Notes under the pieces: model-generated
The model's input: only the letters and a program-made list of their open reading frames with translations
Database searches by the model: none
Told to the model about the DNA's origin: nothing
Shown: positions 1 through 10,278 of the stretch, in pieces
Layout of the letters: the number at the start of each line of letters is the position of its first letter
How positions within the stretch are numbered: position 1 is the first letter of the stretch
Translations under genes and position numbers: made by a program
Source of the DNA: a virus
Length of the DNA stretch: 64,000 nucleotides
Direction: 5' to 3' (one strand)
Virus record (IMG/VR): IMGVR_UViG_3300023109_000007
Span: 32,001-96,000 of that record

Positions 1-892
1 ATATATCACCTAAGAATTCTTTTTCTATATGTATACTAATACCACTATACGCACACTTGCTTGGCAATTCTTCCATTGGTAAGTTGCATTGTAGTAAATC
101 AAATTTATTAAATAGCCCTTTAGTACGATCAAAGAATTTAAAGTTTAACATGTCCGTATGCACTTTGCAGTCAGTTGGATTGTTTACTACCATAGGCAAA
201 CTTCTAAACACTAAATCACTCCATTGATCTAATTTAATTTGTGTAAAGCCTTCAAAGTTTGTTGGCATAAGTTTTTCGGGCCAAGCGTCAGAACCTAAAA
301 ATTCGTATGTAAAGTCTTTGGTTGTTTTACCAGTATCTACACTGTTAACAAATAAACGTTCCTCAACTTCTGTTCTAAACAATATTGTATCGCTACTCAG
401 TAAACTTTTGCGCAATGTTTCTTCATCAGTTATTACAACACCTTTATCACGTAGTTCTTTAAATGCATTTTGTTCTTTATGTACAGTAAGCATTAAAGGC
501 ATTGTCTTACAATTAAGAAACTTTGCTGCTACACACCTATTGGTTCCGGGATGAACCATATATGTTCCATCGTCCATATGATTTACTGCCTTGACACTAT
601 TCTTCCATCCGGTCTGACAATAGCTTTGTACTAACCAAAGTATTTTTTCAAAATGATGTACAACTATGTTTTCACCGCCCATTGGTGTAATTAATGCTTT
701 AACTGAAAAATCTTCAACTACACTTTTTGCAATACTCTTATCACCATGCGGATTTTCTAACAGCCAATCATGTAATCTATCTTCGTCAAACTTTAGCCAC
801 CAACGTAATGTCTCCATTGGTGCTTCAAATAATATTACAACGTGGTCATCAAACCAATCTTTATCAAAGAAATCTTTACCTTGAGTAGACAT
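1..892 (-). CDS. Hypothetical protein with possible ParB/Sulfiredoxin-like domain (runs off the window start)
   Basis: Not in the ORF track. My translation from ATG at 892 (MSTQGKDFFDKDWFDDHVV...) stays open to base 1. It contains YMVHPGTNRCVAAKFLNCKTMPL, resembling the ParB/Srx GxxR-xxA motif. Confidence 0.6.
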   Translation of the reverse strand, partial: MSTQGKDFFDKDWFDDHVVILFEAPMETLRWWLKFDEDRLHDWLLENPHGDKSIAKSVVEDFSVKALITPMGGENIVVHHFEKILWLVQSYCQTGWKNSVKAVNHMDDGTYMVHPGTNRCVAAKFLNCKTMPLMLTVHKEQNAFKELRDKGVVITDEETLRKSLLSSDTILFRTEVEERLFVNSVDTGKTTKDFTYEFLGSDAWPEKLMPTNFEGFTQIKLDQWSDLVFRSLPMVVNNPTDCKVHTDMLNFKFFDRTKGLFNKFDLLQCNLPMEELPSKCAYSGISIHIEKEFLGDI

Positions 893-893
893 A

Positions 894-2009
894 TTACTCT
901 CCTAATAATAGTGTGTTTAGTTCAGGAAATACTTGTGCAAAATTTTCTTCCCTGTGTTTATCTAATATATGCGTATATTTAAAGAAACTATCAATTGCTC
1001 CGTTGCAATTAGACATTTGATCTGCAAATGGTTTGAATTTATCATTGCCAAGTTTATCTTTAATTACTTGATGTGCATGTTGAGGTATTGCTTGCACATT
1101 ATAGTGCTTAGGCCCATGTAGTGCGTTTAAGAACAACCGGTCTTCAGGAAGACCAAGTGTGTTAAACCATTGTTGAAATTCTGGCAAATATAATATATTA
1201 AAAATATTTACAGTGTGGCAAATACTTGTGTGCAAGAACGGTTGTTCATTTGCAAAACGCAGATTACTTTCAGCTTCTTTCCAAACTGCTGGATGACGTT
1301 GGTATTCAAACTGTTTGCCTGTGCCGTCAATACTAAACATAAGTTCAACCCATTTAAATTCTTTCCAAAGATCTAACATTTTTTGTGTGGGCTTTATTGT
1401 AGTATTAGTATTATAGTGTAAACTAATTTTATGTGCATGACCTCTTTCTACACACTTTTCTAATAATTCAAAATGTTTCTTAATTAATAAAGGTTCACCG
1501 CCTGTGAAATCTAGCCATTCAATATACTCAATTACTCTTTCAAGGTCACGCCAAATAGGACTATTATCTTCTATCCAGTAACTTTTAAGGTTAGGATTAA
1601 GAACTTCTCCGTATAATAATTTTTCATCTTCGGCCCATTTGAAACTGCTAAAGCTGCTACATATTCTGCACTTTAAATTACACACTGTTCCTAGCTTTAG
1701 ATCATAATAGATAGGCGGACCTAGTTTTCCAATCCTATGAAACATATGTTCAAAGCGTTCATTATCTGCTTGACGTTTACTACGTATACCCTGCGATTCG
1801 TTTTTCCAACATTGGTTACAACCAGCAGGTTTCTTTCCTGCTAAGAAATCTTTGCGCAATGTTTTCATTTCTTCACTAGACCAGATTTTGCTTAGACCGT
1901 CTGTGCCAAAGTGTCCTACAGCTGGTCCTTCATATAAGCAACAAGGCTTTGCATTGCCTACTGCATCAGCTTCAATATGTATCCAAGGATTTATACAAAT
2001 ATCACTCAA
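894..2009 (-). CDS. Radical SAM protein with N-terminal twitch/SPASM-like Cys domain
   Basis: CxxxCxxC motif CNLKCRIC, GGEP motif, and N-terminal CINPW..PCC..C-x2-C (GCNQCW). Confidence 0.9.
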   Translation of the reverse strand: MSDICINPWIHIEADAVGNAKPCCLYEGPAVGHFGTDGLSKIWSSEEMKTLRKDFLAGKKPAGCNQCWKNESQGIRSKRQADNERFEHMFHRIGKLGPPIYYDLKLGTVCNLKCRICSSFSSFKWAEDEKLLYGEVLNPNLKSYWIEDNSPIWRDLERVIEYIEWLDFTGGEPLLIKKHFELLEKCVERGHAHKISLHYNTNTTIKPTQKMLDLWKEFKWVELMFSIDGTGKQFEYQRHPAVWKEAESNLRFANEQPFLHTSICHTVNIFNILYLPEFQQWFNTLGLPEDRLFLNALHGPKHYNVQAIPQHAHQVIKDKLGNDKFKPFADQMSNCNGAIDSFFKYTHILDKHREENFAQVFPELNTLLLGE

Positions 2010-2703
2010 TTGCGCTCCTAACCATAGGGTATATATATTCGTCTGCTACAAGTTTGTGTCCTTGAGGTGATATATGATAACCATTGTCAATGTAATGATT
2101 ATTATCTAAAAAGTTGTGTACACTATCTTGATGTACCGGTACTGGTAGTACTTTTTCTACATCTATAGGCGTTGGTACCCACGGAAAGAATATAATCTTG
2201 TCACCAAAGTTTTCTATATAAGATTTAAGCATATCTAGTTGACACATTAATTGTTCGGTAGCCAATGTACTAAATGTATGATTTTCGTATAAGAATTTTG
2301 TAGTAGTGTCAATATCACTTTTCTTACTTAAACTATTAGAGTATTCACCTACAGTAATCTTGTGTGTCTTTTCTTCTGTTATTCCCCAAAGGCGTGTATG
2401 CTTGCCTTCTCGTGTCCATACTGGTTGTTCTAGATTGTCATGAAATCGGTTGTCTAGAAAATTTTTCTTACCACTAATAGATATTTGCATTCTATCAAAT
2501 GTAGTTAACTGAAACAAAACAACTTTTGGTTTATACTTTTGGTAAAGTCTATATGCTGAGTATACTGCATACGCATTGTCTATGCCGGCATGTCCGCCAT
2601 TTATAACTGTTGTTCCGCACTTGTCTTGTAGATAAGCCGAAAAAGTTTCATTTGATTCTACACCAGTACCAAACGTCCAGCTGCATCCAATAGTAAGTAT
2701 CAT
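2002..2703 (-). CDS. SGNH/GDSL-like hydrolase or acyltransferase
   Basis: N-terminal GCSWTFG (block I) and C-terminal DNGYH (block V-like D..H), followed by GHKLVA. Confidence 0.7.
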   Translation of the reverse strand: MILTIGCSWTFGTGVESNETFSAYLQDKCGTTVINGGHAGIDNAYAVYSAYRLYQKYKPKVVLFQLTTFDRMQISISGKKNFLDNRFHDNLEQPVWTREGKHTRLWGITEEKTHKITVGEYSNSLSKKSDIDTTTKFLYENHTFSTLATEQLMCQLDMLKSYIENFGDKIIFFPWVPTPIDVEKVLPVPVHQDSVHNFLDNNHYIDNGYHISPQGHKLVADEYIYPMVRSAIE

Positions 2704-3890
2704 TTTACCAAGTCCTGTAATTCAGGAAATGTTTCTGCAAAATTTTCATTCCTAATTATGTCTACCATTTCTATGTTTTTCTTAAACTCTGGTATTAGAT
2801 GAGATGTATCTGCATCATTCATAAATTTTGCAACTGATAAGAATCCACGCTCAACTCTTTCTTCGCCCCATCTCTTACACTTTTCTGCCATATCTATATA
2901 TTTTTTAGTTAATTCTTTTTTCATGCTTGCAGGTAGTATTTGTAAACTTAGATGCTCAGGATGATGGACAATGTTAATATGAAAGTCTCTTGGGTGTCCT
3001 ATAAAGTTATCTTCTAATGCCCATTCGTAGAAATCTGTCATATGAAATGCATTTTGTACACTAACTGTAAAGTTAACAAAAAAGTTTATATCAGGTGCTT
3101 TTTGTATTATTGCTTTTCTATTAGCAACAATCTTATTCCAGTCAGTACCTTTACGTATATATTCTGCTCTTGCGCCGTAGCCATCTATACTTGCTCCTAC
3201 ATGTACGTTATCAAATCTAGGCCAAATGTCAAGAACATCAAGTTTTTTGTATCTTAACTGGCTAAGATTAGTATTATAACGAATGATAGTATCGTACTTT
3301 TGCATTTCATCTAGTTTATTTAAGATACGGTAATGTTCTTCCATTAGTAATGGCTCGCCGCCAGCAAAATAAATATCTTCTACTTTATCAAATAACGGTT
3401 CTATTTGATTCCACATGTTAATATTTTTACCTGGGTCAGGTAAGTCATTAGGTAATTGACCCCACATCTTTTTTTGATCTTCGTACCAACCTGTACTTAA
3501 CTGTGGACCGCAACTTCTGCAACGCATATTACATATATTAGAAAATCTAAAGTCCCAGTAGTGTATACTTAAATCATCTAAACTTCCGTCAGCATTTGTT
3601 GTTTGTAATAAATCCATATGATGCGAAAAAGTTTCATTCATATGTGTACGCAAACTTGTTCCGCCATTTGACTCATTAATAAAGCAGCGTTTACAACTTG
3701 CTGGTTGTTCATTGTTAAGAAACTGTGTACGCAACTTTTTCATATCATTGCCATTCCAAATTTCAGCAAGAGTATTTTGATTTAAATTACCAACTGAATC
3801 TTCCATAGCTGTTAAGCAACAAGGATATACATCGTTGTTAGGCCATGTATGTAAATGTATCCACGGTGATATGCATTTGTTGTCAGTCAT
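2700..3890 (-). CDS. Radical SAM protein with N-terminal twitch domain
   Basis: CNMRCRSC, FAGGEP, N-terminal CISPW..PCC..CKRC. Confidence 0.9.
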   Translation of the reverse strand: MTDNKCISPWIHLHTWPNNDVYPCCLTAMEDSVGNLNQNTLAEIWNGNDMKKLRTQFLNNEQPASCKRCFINESNGGTSLRTHMNETFSHHMDLLQTTNADGSLDDLSIHYWDFRFSNICNMRCRSCGPQLSTGWYEDQKKMWGQLPNDLPDPGKNINMWNQIEPLFDKVEDIYFAGGEPLLMEEHYRILNKLDEMQKYDTIIRYNTNLSQLRYKKLDVLDIWPRFDNVHVGASIDGYGARAEYIRKGTDWNKIVANRKAIIQKAPDINFFVNFTVSVQNAFHMTDFYEWALEDNFIGHPRDFHINIVHHPEHLSLQILPASMKKELTKKYIDMAEKCKRWGEERVERGFLSVAKFMNDADTSHLIPEFKKNIEMVDIIRNENFAETFPELQDLVK

Positions 3891-5328
3891 ATGTTGCTAG
3901 AGGCTCATCAATATTTTTTGGATCTGGTTTTAGTATCCAACCTTCTTTTTCTGCAAGTTCCATAATACTTGCATCAGTGTCTGGAATACTTTCAACCCAG
4001 TCTGTTAGTATTTTAGGAAATACACTTAGGCTTTTGTTCCTACGTACATCATATTGCTGATAGAAAGTTTTAAAGTCACGCCACAACGTAGCAGGGTTAC
4101 TTGTACGTCTATGCGGAGCATCTACTGTAACTAAGTAATCTATCAAACGTTCAATACTTGCCTTTTCAAACTCGTGCCATAATTCTTTGTCTTTGTTTGC
4201 TGCATACCAAGTAGATAAATTTTTGTGGAGTTCATCTTTAATATGGTTAGGTAAAGCAAGTGGTGACTGAAAGCTAGGAAATCTCAAAAGGTTAACACTT
4301 ACACTTGGCCATTTACTTCCTGTTGTTTCTTTCAATTCATATATTTGATCTAAGAAATCTGTAATACTAAACAAGCATAAACTATTAATAGTCATCATTA
4401 CATGTAGATTTGCATTTGCTTCTGACAATATACGCTTTACATTGTTTAACCATTGTTCATAAACTAGCCCGTCACGTATATATTCTGCTTGAGCACCTAC
4501 AGCTTCACAACTTGTATAAATTTCAAAGTTCTTAATACCATGCGACTTTTGTATAAGTTTATCTATTATATCATTCTTAGCAATTAGATTACTATTAATT
4601 GCAAAACGCATCTTGCTATTTTGTGCTTCAAACCAATCAAACAATTTCCAAGTGTTATGGCTCATTAAAGGCTCGCCGCCTGTAATGCGTAGTTCTTCTA
4701 AACTACTGCTAAGTCCGTTTTCCCACCATTTCCAAAATGCTTGAATGTAAGGATTATCGTCATCATCTTTGTAAGGTTGTGTCCAACTGCCGTCTTGTCT
4801 AAATGCACCAGCACCATCACTTACTAAGTTTGTGTACTCGCCATTCTTTTTAATATCTTTAGCCCATGTGGTTGAGAAACTTGCATTACAATAACTACAT
4901 GCTAAGTTACACGTTCTGTCAAACGCAATTTCAAAAGTTTTGAGGTGAACATTTTCTGTGTAGTTCATATCATATGCACGTTGTAATTCGTCGTCATCAT
5001 AGATAATAGTTTTAAAGACTCTGTCACTAACAGCATCTTTTTTCATATCTTCCATTTTCCAACAATACTCACATTCAGCAGGTCGTTGTCCAACTTGCAT
5101 CTGCTTACGCATTTCCTTTTTGTGCTTTGTGTTGTGTATAGCAGTAAAGTCTGCTTCAACTTCTTCAAGCGGTATTTTGTGTGCTGGCGGGTGATGACAA
5201 CTTGTAGTAGTGCCGCTACCTAACCATGTAGTTGCATTATACCATTTAGCACCACAGAAGCTAGGACTTTTAGCGTTAATAACTCTGTCTCTATACTCTG
5301 TTAAACTTTCGTCGGGTTTCTTAGGCAT
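3883..5328 (-). CDS. Radical SAM protein with N-terminal twitch-like domain
   Basis: CNLACSYC, ITGGEP, N-terminal FCGAKW..SCHHP..ECEYCW. Confidence 0.9.
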   Translation of the reverse strand: MPKKPDESLTEYRDRVINAKSPSFCGAKWYNATTWLGSGTTTSCHHPPAHKIPLEEVEADFTAIHNTKHKKEMRKQMQVGQRPAECEYCWKMEDMKKDAVSDRVFKTIIYDDDELQRAYDMNYTENVHLKTFEIAFDRTCNLACSYCNASFSTTWAKDIKKNGEYTNLVSDGAGAFRQDGSWTQPYKDDDDNPYIQAFWKWWENGLSSSLEELRITGGEPLMSHNTWKLFDWFEAQNSKMRFAINSNLIAKNDIIDKLIQKSHGIKNFEIYTSCEAVGAQAEYIRDGLVYEQWLNNVKRILSEANANLHVMMTINSLCLFSITDFLDQIYELKETTGSKWPSVSVNLLRFPSFQSPLALPNHIKDELHKNLSTWYAANKDKELWHEFEKASIERLIDYLVTVDAPHRRTSNPATLWRDFKTFYQQYDVRRNKSLSVFPKILTDWVESIPDTDASIMELAEKEGWILKPDPKNIDEPLATYD

Positions 5329-6694
5329 TCCAGTCCTCTAATATTTCTCTATATTCAGGAAACACTTTCCTAAAGTTTTTTCTTCTACGTTTATCGTATG
5401 CTTGTATGTATCTTACAAAATCCTGTCTATGTTCAATAGCTGGCTCAGAATTACGTAAATAATCACAGAACCTTTTTATTTGATCCCACTCTTCTAAATA
5501 AAGTCTAGCAAACTTATCTGGGCTATGATACTTTAACCAACTTTCACAGGTAGATTCAATTGCACTTGCATATAGTTCTCTATCCTCAGTATCTAAGAGT
5601 GTGCATTGTAAATGCGGTGGCCACCGCATAATGTTTATGCTTAGAGGTATCCTATTATATTCAAACGCTTTGTTATACTTTTTTCTAAAGTCCATTACCA
5701 CGTTAATAAATTTCTCAAATGTTGGCAATGCTAATATGTTTATAGTTGTCATCATTGCTACTGAACTGTCAGTTTGGTCTAATACTTGTTCTACGTTTGT
5801 TATCCATTGTGCATAGTCTAACCCATCACGCGAGTATTCTGCTTGCTCACCAATACTTTCTAAACTTGTGTACACATCTATTTTTTTGACTTTACCTTTT
5901 AGTTTGTTAATTGACTCTATCAACTTTGTTATTAGTTTATCAGGAACACACAAGTTTGTGTTTATTGCTATTTCTAAATTAGGCTGTGGATTTTCTACTA
6001 GCATGTCTAGAAGTTTCCATGTTTCTTTACTCATTGTAGGTTCGCCGCCAGTAATACGCAACACCTTTAAATGAGGTAACGCATCAGGAAACCATTTCCA
6101 AAAAGCCTTAACGTAAGGATTTACTTCACTGTTAAGGTAAGGAAACTTTTGTGTCTTTTTGAGATAACTTAGATCATGTGATCCGTGCTTTGTAGGATAA
6201 GATCCATTTTGCTGTATATCTTCCATCCACTTACTGCTAATTTCAGGTGAACAGTATGAACATGCAAAGTTACATGCATTAGAAAAACTTACTTCTAAGT
6301 AACTTGGATATGTATTTTCATTAGGATTTGATTTTGCAATTTCATCAAATCTATCCCATGCCCAATAGTCGGCTGTCTTATAGTGTCTGTCACTAAAGTA
6401 ATTTTTATCTAAGTCTTCTATGTTCCAACAGTAATCACACTCTTTTGGACGTTCTCCGTTCAGCATCATTTCACGCTGTTTCTTTTTGTGTTTACTATTG
6501 TGCAGTGCATGTGGATTACCCATTATTTCACTAATAGGTATCTTATGAGGAGCAGGATGGTGACAACTATGATTATATCCGTTTTGCAAGTATAATGTAG
6601 TTTGTAACCACTTAGCTGTACAGAAACTACAACTTACAGAATTTATCTGTTTCCGTTTCTGCTCAAGTAATTCGATGCGCTTTTCATTACTCAT
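5321..6694 (-). CDS. Radical SAM protein with N-terminal twitch-like domain (paralog of 3883..5328)
   Basis: CNFACSYC, ITGGEP, FCTAKW..SCHHP..ECDYCW. Confidence 0.9.
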   Translation of the reverse strand: MSNEKRIELLEQKRKQINSVSCSFCTAKWLQTTLYLQNGYNHSCHHPAPHKIPISEIMGNPHALHNSKHKKKQREMMLNGERPKECDYCWNIEDLDKNYFSDRHYKTADYWAWDRFDEIAKSNPNENTYPSYLEVSFSNACNFACSYCSPEISSKWMEDIQQNGSYPTKHGSHDLSYLKKTQKFPYLNSEVNPYVKAFWKWFPDALPHLKVLRITGGEPTMSKETWKLLDMLVENPQPNLEIAINTNLCVPDKLITKLIESINKLKGKVKKIDVYTSLESIGEQAEYSRDGLDYAQWITNVEQVLDQTDSSVAMMTTINILALPTFEKFINVVMDFRKKYNKAFEYNRIPLSINIMRWPPHLQCTLLDTEDRELYASAIESTCESWLKYHSPDKFARLYLEEWDQIKRFCDYLRNSEPAIEHRQDFVRYIQAYDKRRRKNFRKVFPEYREILEDWNA

Positions 6695-7617
6695 TCAGGA
6701 TCAATCACAAACTGTTGCTTTGGGTTTCTACTTGGGTTTTGGTATACCGTCTTAAAGAACTTGCTCTGTTGAGCGTCTAAGGGCTCAACAGCAATAGGAA
6801 TATTTAATTCTTTTATTAATTTAGTTCCGAGTTCTGTAGAATAATACTCAATGTCTTCTTGTACTAATTTACCTTTTTCTTCCCACATAGCGTTTAGATA
6901 TTCAAAGTCACGCACTTGTACATAATCCCAGTCAGTACACATTGTTTGGTACAGCCCTTCTCTAGCACCGTATATAGCCCAAGCACCGTTTCGTACATCA
7001 GAACCTAGCATTAACCAAATCCATAATCTATGCAAATTCTTCCAATGACCTTTTAGAAATTGTTCTTGTGTAGGCTTTACACCTTGATCTAGTGCCATCT
7101 TAACACCTTCTCTAAATCCTGCACGCCATGCTTGTTGTGGTGTTTCGTTATTATATACATAACTGTAACAACTATTTTGTTGTATATACTTTAAGTCCCA
7201 ACAAAAGTCTACTTGTGCATGTGGATTGTCTGGATCTGCATTTTCGTGTGTTTTCATATCTAATACATACTGCTTTGGCCAACACTTTAGTCCGCCATTA
7301 CCATACATAAGTCCATTAATAACATTTTTGCCGCACCAACTAATTACACTATGTTCCAAATCGGCGTGGGCGTCAAAGTCAATTTCTTGTACAAGGAACT
7401 CTGGGTTAATTTGATTGTCACCATCAACTGTAATAAATCTGTCAGTTTCACTTAATTTTGCACATGCTTTGTGTGCAGCGTCACTACCTTTTACTCCATG
7501 TACACGTTTAGCCCAAGGAATCTTACTACACAAGTCCGCATAGTTCTTTTCAGCGTTAGGCTCGTCATAAGACAAATAGATTATATCATAATCAATAACT
7601 TTAAATTTATTACTCAT
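6691..7617 (-). CDS. Putative GT-A fold glycosyltransferase
   Basis: AHKACA..FITVDGDN (DxD after a hydrophobic strand), YGNGG and AWRAGFRE motifs typical of phage GT-like proteins. Confidence 0.6.
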   Translation of the reverse strand: MSNKFKVIDYDIIYLSYDEPNAEKNYADLCSKIPWAKRVHGVKGSDAAHKACAKLSETDRFITVDGDNQINPEFLVQEIDFDAHADLEHSVISWCGKNVINGLMYGNGGLKCWPKQYVLDMKTHENADPDNPHAQVDFCWDLKYIQQNSCYSYVYNNETPQQAWRAGFREGVKMALDQGVKPTQEQFLKGHWKNLHRLWIWLMLGSDVRNGAWAIYGAREGLYQTMCTDWDYVQVRDFEYLNAMWEEKGKLVQEDIEYYSTELGTKLIKELNIPIAVEPLDAQQSKFFKTVYQNPSRNPKQQFVIDPE

Positions 7618-8227
7618 TAATTACCTCATGCTTATATGTTTCAAAATACTTTGCAGTATAAACGCTTACAACATTATTTTTAAATTCAAACTTTGATTCA
7701 AATGGAAAATTAAATTCATCTGTTTTAATTAAATCATTTACTGAAAGACGTAATGACCTTAATAGAATATTAGGATCGTACTTTGCTGTAATACTAAAGA
7801 ATATATTACTATTAATATTTACTGCTTCTGAATTCAAAAATTCACGCAAAGACTTACTTACTTTAATTGTCCAACTTTGTTTAATATTATCTTGGAAAAT
7901 AATTAAATCACAATCACCGTCAACAAACATAGGCACTTCATAAAGTGTATTATATACGTGATCATTTTCAGTTTCTAGGTCGCCTCTTTCTCTAAGTGTG
8001 TATTCTTTAAGGCCAATGTCAAAAACAACTTTGTATTCATTCATTGTCTTTGTGCCAGACATGATCTCTGTTATACTATTTGCATCTACTTCAATATAAG
8101 AATTGTCATCGTTACCTTTTTTGCCTACTCTAATAAGCTCTCCAGTATCTGTGTCAAATTCTACAAAAGTTTTTGTTGGTACTTGTAGCCCTTGAATCAT
8201 ATCTAAGAATGTATTTGTTTCAGACAT
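7610..8227 (-). CDS. Hypothetical protein
   Basis: 205-aa ORF translationally coupled within the operon; no motif recognised. Confidence 0.7.
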   Translation of the reverse strand: MSETNTFLDMIQGLQVPTKTFVEFDTDTGELIRVGKKGNDDNSYIEVDANSITEIMSGTKTMNEYKVVFDIGLKEYTLRERGDLETENDHVYNTLYEVPMFVDGDCDLIIFQDNIKQSWTIKVSKSLREFLNSEAVNINSNIFFSITAKYDPNILLRSLRLSVNDLIKTDEFNFPFESKFEFKNNVVSVYTAKYFETYKHEVINE

Positions 8228-9065
8228 CTAATAACTCCTCGTATCTCTTTATAACAGCGCCTTCTATAAAGTCTTTTTCTGTGTAATGTAAAATACCTGT
8301 TTGTATGTGATTACCTAACTTTAAATTACAATCTTTATCCATATAAACACTGATTCTGTTTTGCCATTTGTTTATTGCTTCGTGCCAATCTTGTATTCTT
8401 GGCTTCATATGTGTAAAACTTGGAAACTTTACTCTTGTATTCGTAATTTCAGAGTCACAATCTAAAATCTTAGATACAATAGCTGCACTTACATCAATAC
8501 TACAACGCTTAGGATAATGTTCTTTAACATATTGCCCGTAGAATAATTCCCAATTATTAACTACAAGTTCTAACCAAGTATAAAACTTATGAGAAAACTC
8601 ACATTTCTTAAAGTAATGCAATCCTGAGTACAAGTTAGGCAATTCATTTGCAGTAAATGCTTTGCGATAATAATCACTAGTAACTAAATCACCTCTATAC
8701 GTGTAAACATTACTTACAAAGTACATTTCATAGTTTTCTAAAAACTTTACCCATGAGTCAATATCTTGCAACACTAACATATCTGTATCTAACACCAACG
8801 TTCTTGTATAAGGAGATACATGATATATTTTCCAGCGATTTGATATTTTCCAATTTTCTTTTTCTGCACTGTCAGTCCATGGTATTTCAATAATGTTATC
8901 AAAAAATCTTTGATACTGTGCAGGTACTTCGTCATTAGTGATAAGACTAACAGGAATACCAGGATTAGTTTTTGCAATACTCATTGCTGTAACACATGCT
9001 TGCTGAACATAGTCGTCAACATCATTATTTTGCGCAAGCATTACAATACCAAAATTATCTTCCAT
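8220..9065 (-). CDS. Putative glycosyltransferase (GT8-like)
   Basis: SPYTRTLVLDTDMLV (DxD) and a C-terminal HY motif. Start moved to ATG 9065 because an AGGAG RBS lies at 9073-9077. Confidence 0.7.
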   Translation of the reverse strand: MEDNFGIVMLAQNNDVDDYVQQACVTAMSIAKTNPGIPVSLITNDEVPAQYQRFFDNIIEIPWTDSAEKENWKISNRWKIYHVSPYTRTLVLDTDMLVLQDIDSWVKFLENYEMYFVSNVYTYRGDLVTSDYYRKAFTANELPNLYSGLHYFKKCEFSHKFYTWLELVVNNWELFYGQYVKEHYPKRCSIDVSAAIVSKILDCDSEITNTRVKFPSFTHMKPRIQDWHEAINKWQNRISVYMDKDCNLKLGNHIQTGILHYTEKDFIEGAVIKRYEELLDV

Positions 9066-9912
9066 TGGATGTCTCCTTGTCAATTTGTCTTACAAGACTA
9101 AATTTATTCATTACGTGAATACTTTGTCCTCTAGTTCGAAGTGCTGTGTATTCTCCTATATGTTTTTCTTTTTCAACTAAGAAAAGCATGTTGTCATTAT
9201 CTAAATCCCACAATATATCTTTATCTAAAGTGTACAATAGTTTTCCAGGCAAAGGTGTTACAAAGCCACCTTGCTGAAATCCATTCATCATGTGTATTGC
9301 TATACTAAATGCAAAGTCATTTCTAAACATTTTGCTAGGTATTTGATAAACTCTTCTGTAGTGATCATATTCGTCTTGTATATGTGCAACTAAATCAAAA
9401 AATCTTTCGTTAATACTTGTTTTTTTGAAGTATACAACAGTAGCCCAATAAAAATCTACACTACTATCACTTACATACTTAAATTCTCTTGGATTTCTAA
9501 TGTTAGATATGTCTATGCTATCTCGATATATTGAAAAGTCATTTACACTACCAAATACATTTTTAAGTAAAGAGTTAGACACTACATAATCAGTGTCCAT
9601 AAGTATTGTTTCATCATACGGAGAGAATCTGTATGCATTAAATCTATCTAAATTTTTGAAATGCGCACGTTGGCTACTCATTGCGCCATCGTTGAATGTT
9701 CTGCCGTTGTCTTTAATCCAAGGTTCAATTGGAATAACCTGATCAAATACTGCTGTATCAAATTCACGTTCTAAATAATGGATAGAATCTGTTACTAGAG
9801 TCGTTGGCACGCCTAAGTATTGCTTTACACGTTTAGCTAAGAAATATGCTTGTTTGATATAATCAATTTGATCATTATTTCTAGCAAATAATAGTACGCC
9901 TTTGCTACTCAT
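9055..9912 (-). CDS. Putative glycosyltransferase (GT8-like), paralog of the adjacent gene
   Basis: SPYDETILMDTDYVV (DxD), RNDFAFSIA and HVMNK motifs. Confidence 0.7.
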   Translation of the reverse strand: MSSKGVLLFARNNDQIDYIKQAYFLAKRVKQYLGVPTTLVTDSIHYLEREFDTAVFDQVIPIEPWIKDNGRTFNDGAMSSQRAHFKNLDRFNAYRFSPYDETILMDTDYVVSNSLLKNVFGSVNDFSIYRDSIDISNIRNPREFKYVSDSSVDFYWATVVYFKKTSINERFFDLVAHIQDEYDHYRRVYQIPSKMFRNDFAFSIAIHMMNGFQQGGFVTPLPGKLLYTLDKDILWDLDNDNMLFLVEKEKHIGEYTALRTRGQSIHVMNKFSLVRQIDKETSNGR

Positions 9913-10255
9913 AGTCTACTAAATTTTCCACTGACCTATTTGACTTTATTTTTTCATATTCTGCAAAATAATTATTTGAAGCAGTAAAGTAAACATCTAA
10001 AATGTCGTCATAGAATGATTCTAAACTTAGAATGTTTGTAGGTATATCGTTGTCATCTGTAAGCACTGCTTCTTCAAGACCCTTTTCAACTAATAGACCT
10101 ACAAATGTAATCAGTTCTTTAGTAACAGAAAATTGACATCCGTTTGTATAGTACAATAAATCTTCAAAATATTTTTCTTTAAGTAATCTTTTTTGGTTAT
10201 TCATAGTAACCATGAAGTTACTAAAGTCCAATGCTTTTTCTAGACGTTCATCCAT
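9905..10255 (-). CDS. Hypothetical protein, first gene of the modification operon
   Basis: ORF with GGAG RBS near 10262-10265 ahead of ATG 10255 (MDERLEKAL...). Confidence 0.7.
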   Translation of the reverse strand: MDERLEKALDFSNFMVTMNNQKRLLKEKYFEDLLYYTNGCQFSVTKELITFVGLLVEKGLEEAVLTDDNDIPTNILSLESFYDDILDVYFTASNNYFAEYEKIKSNRSVENLVDYE

Positions 10256-10278
10256 AAGGCTCTCCAAGTTATTATAAT

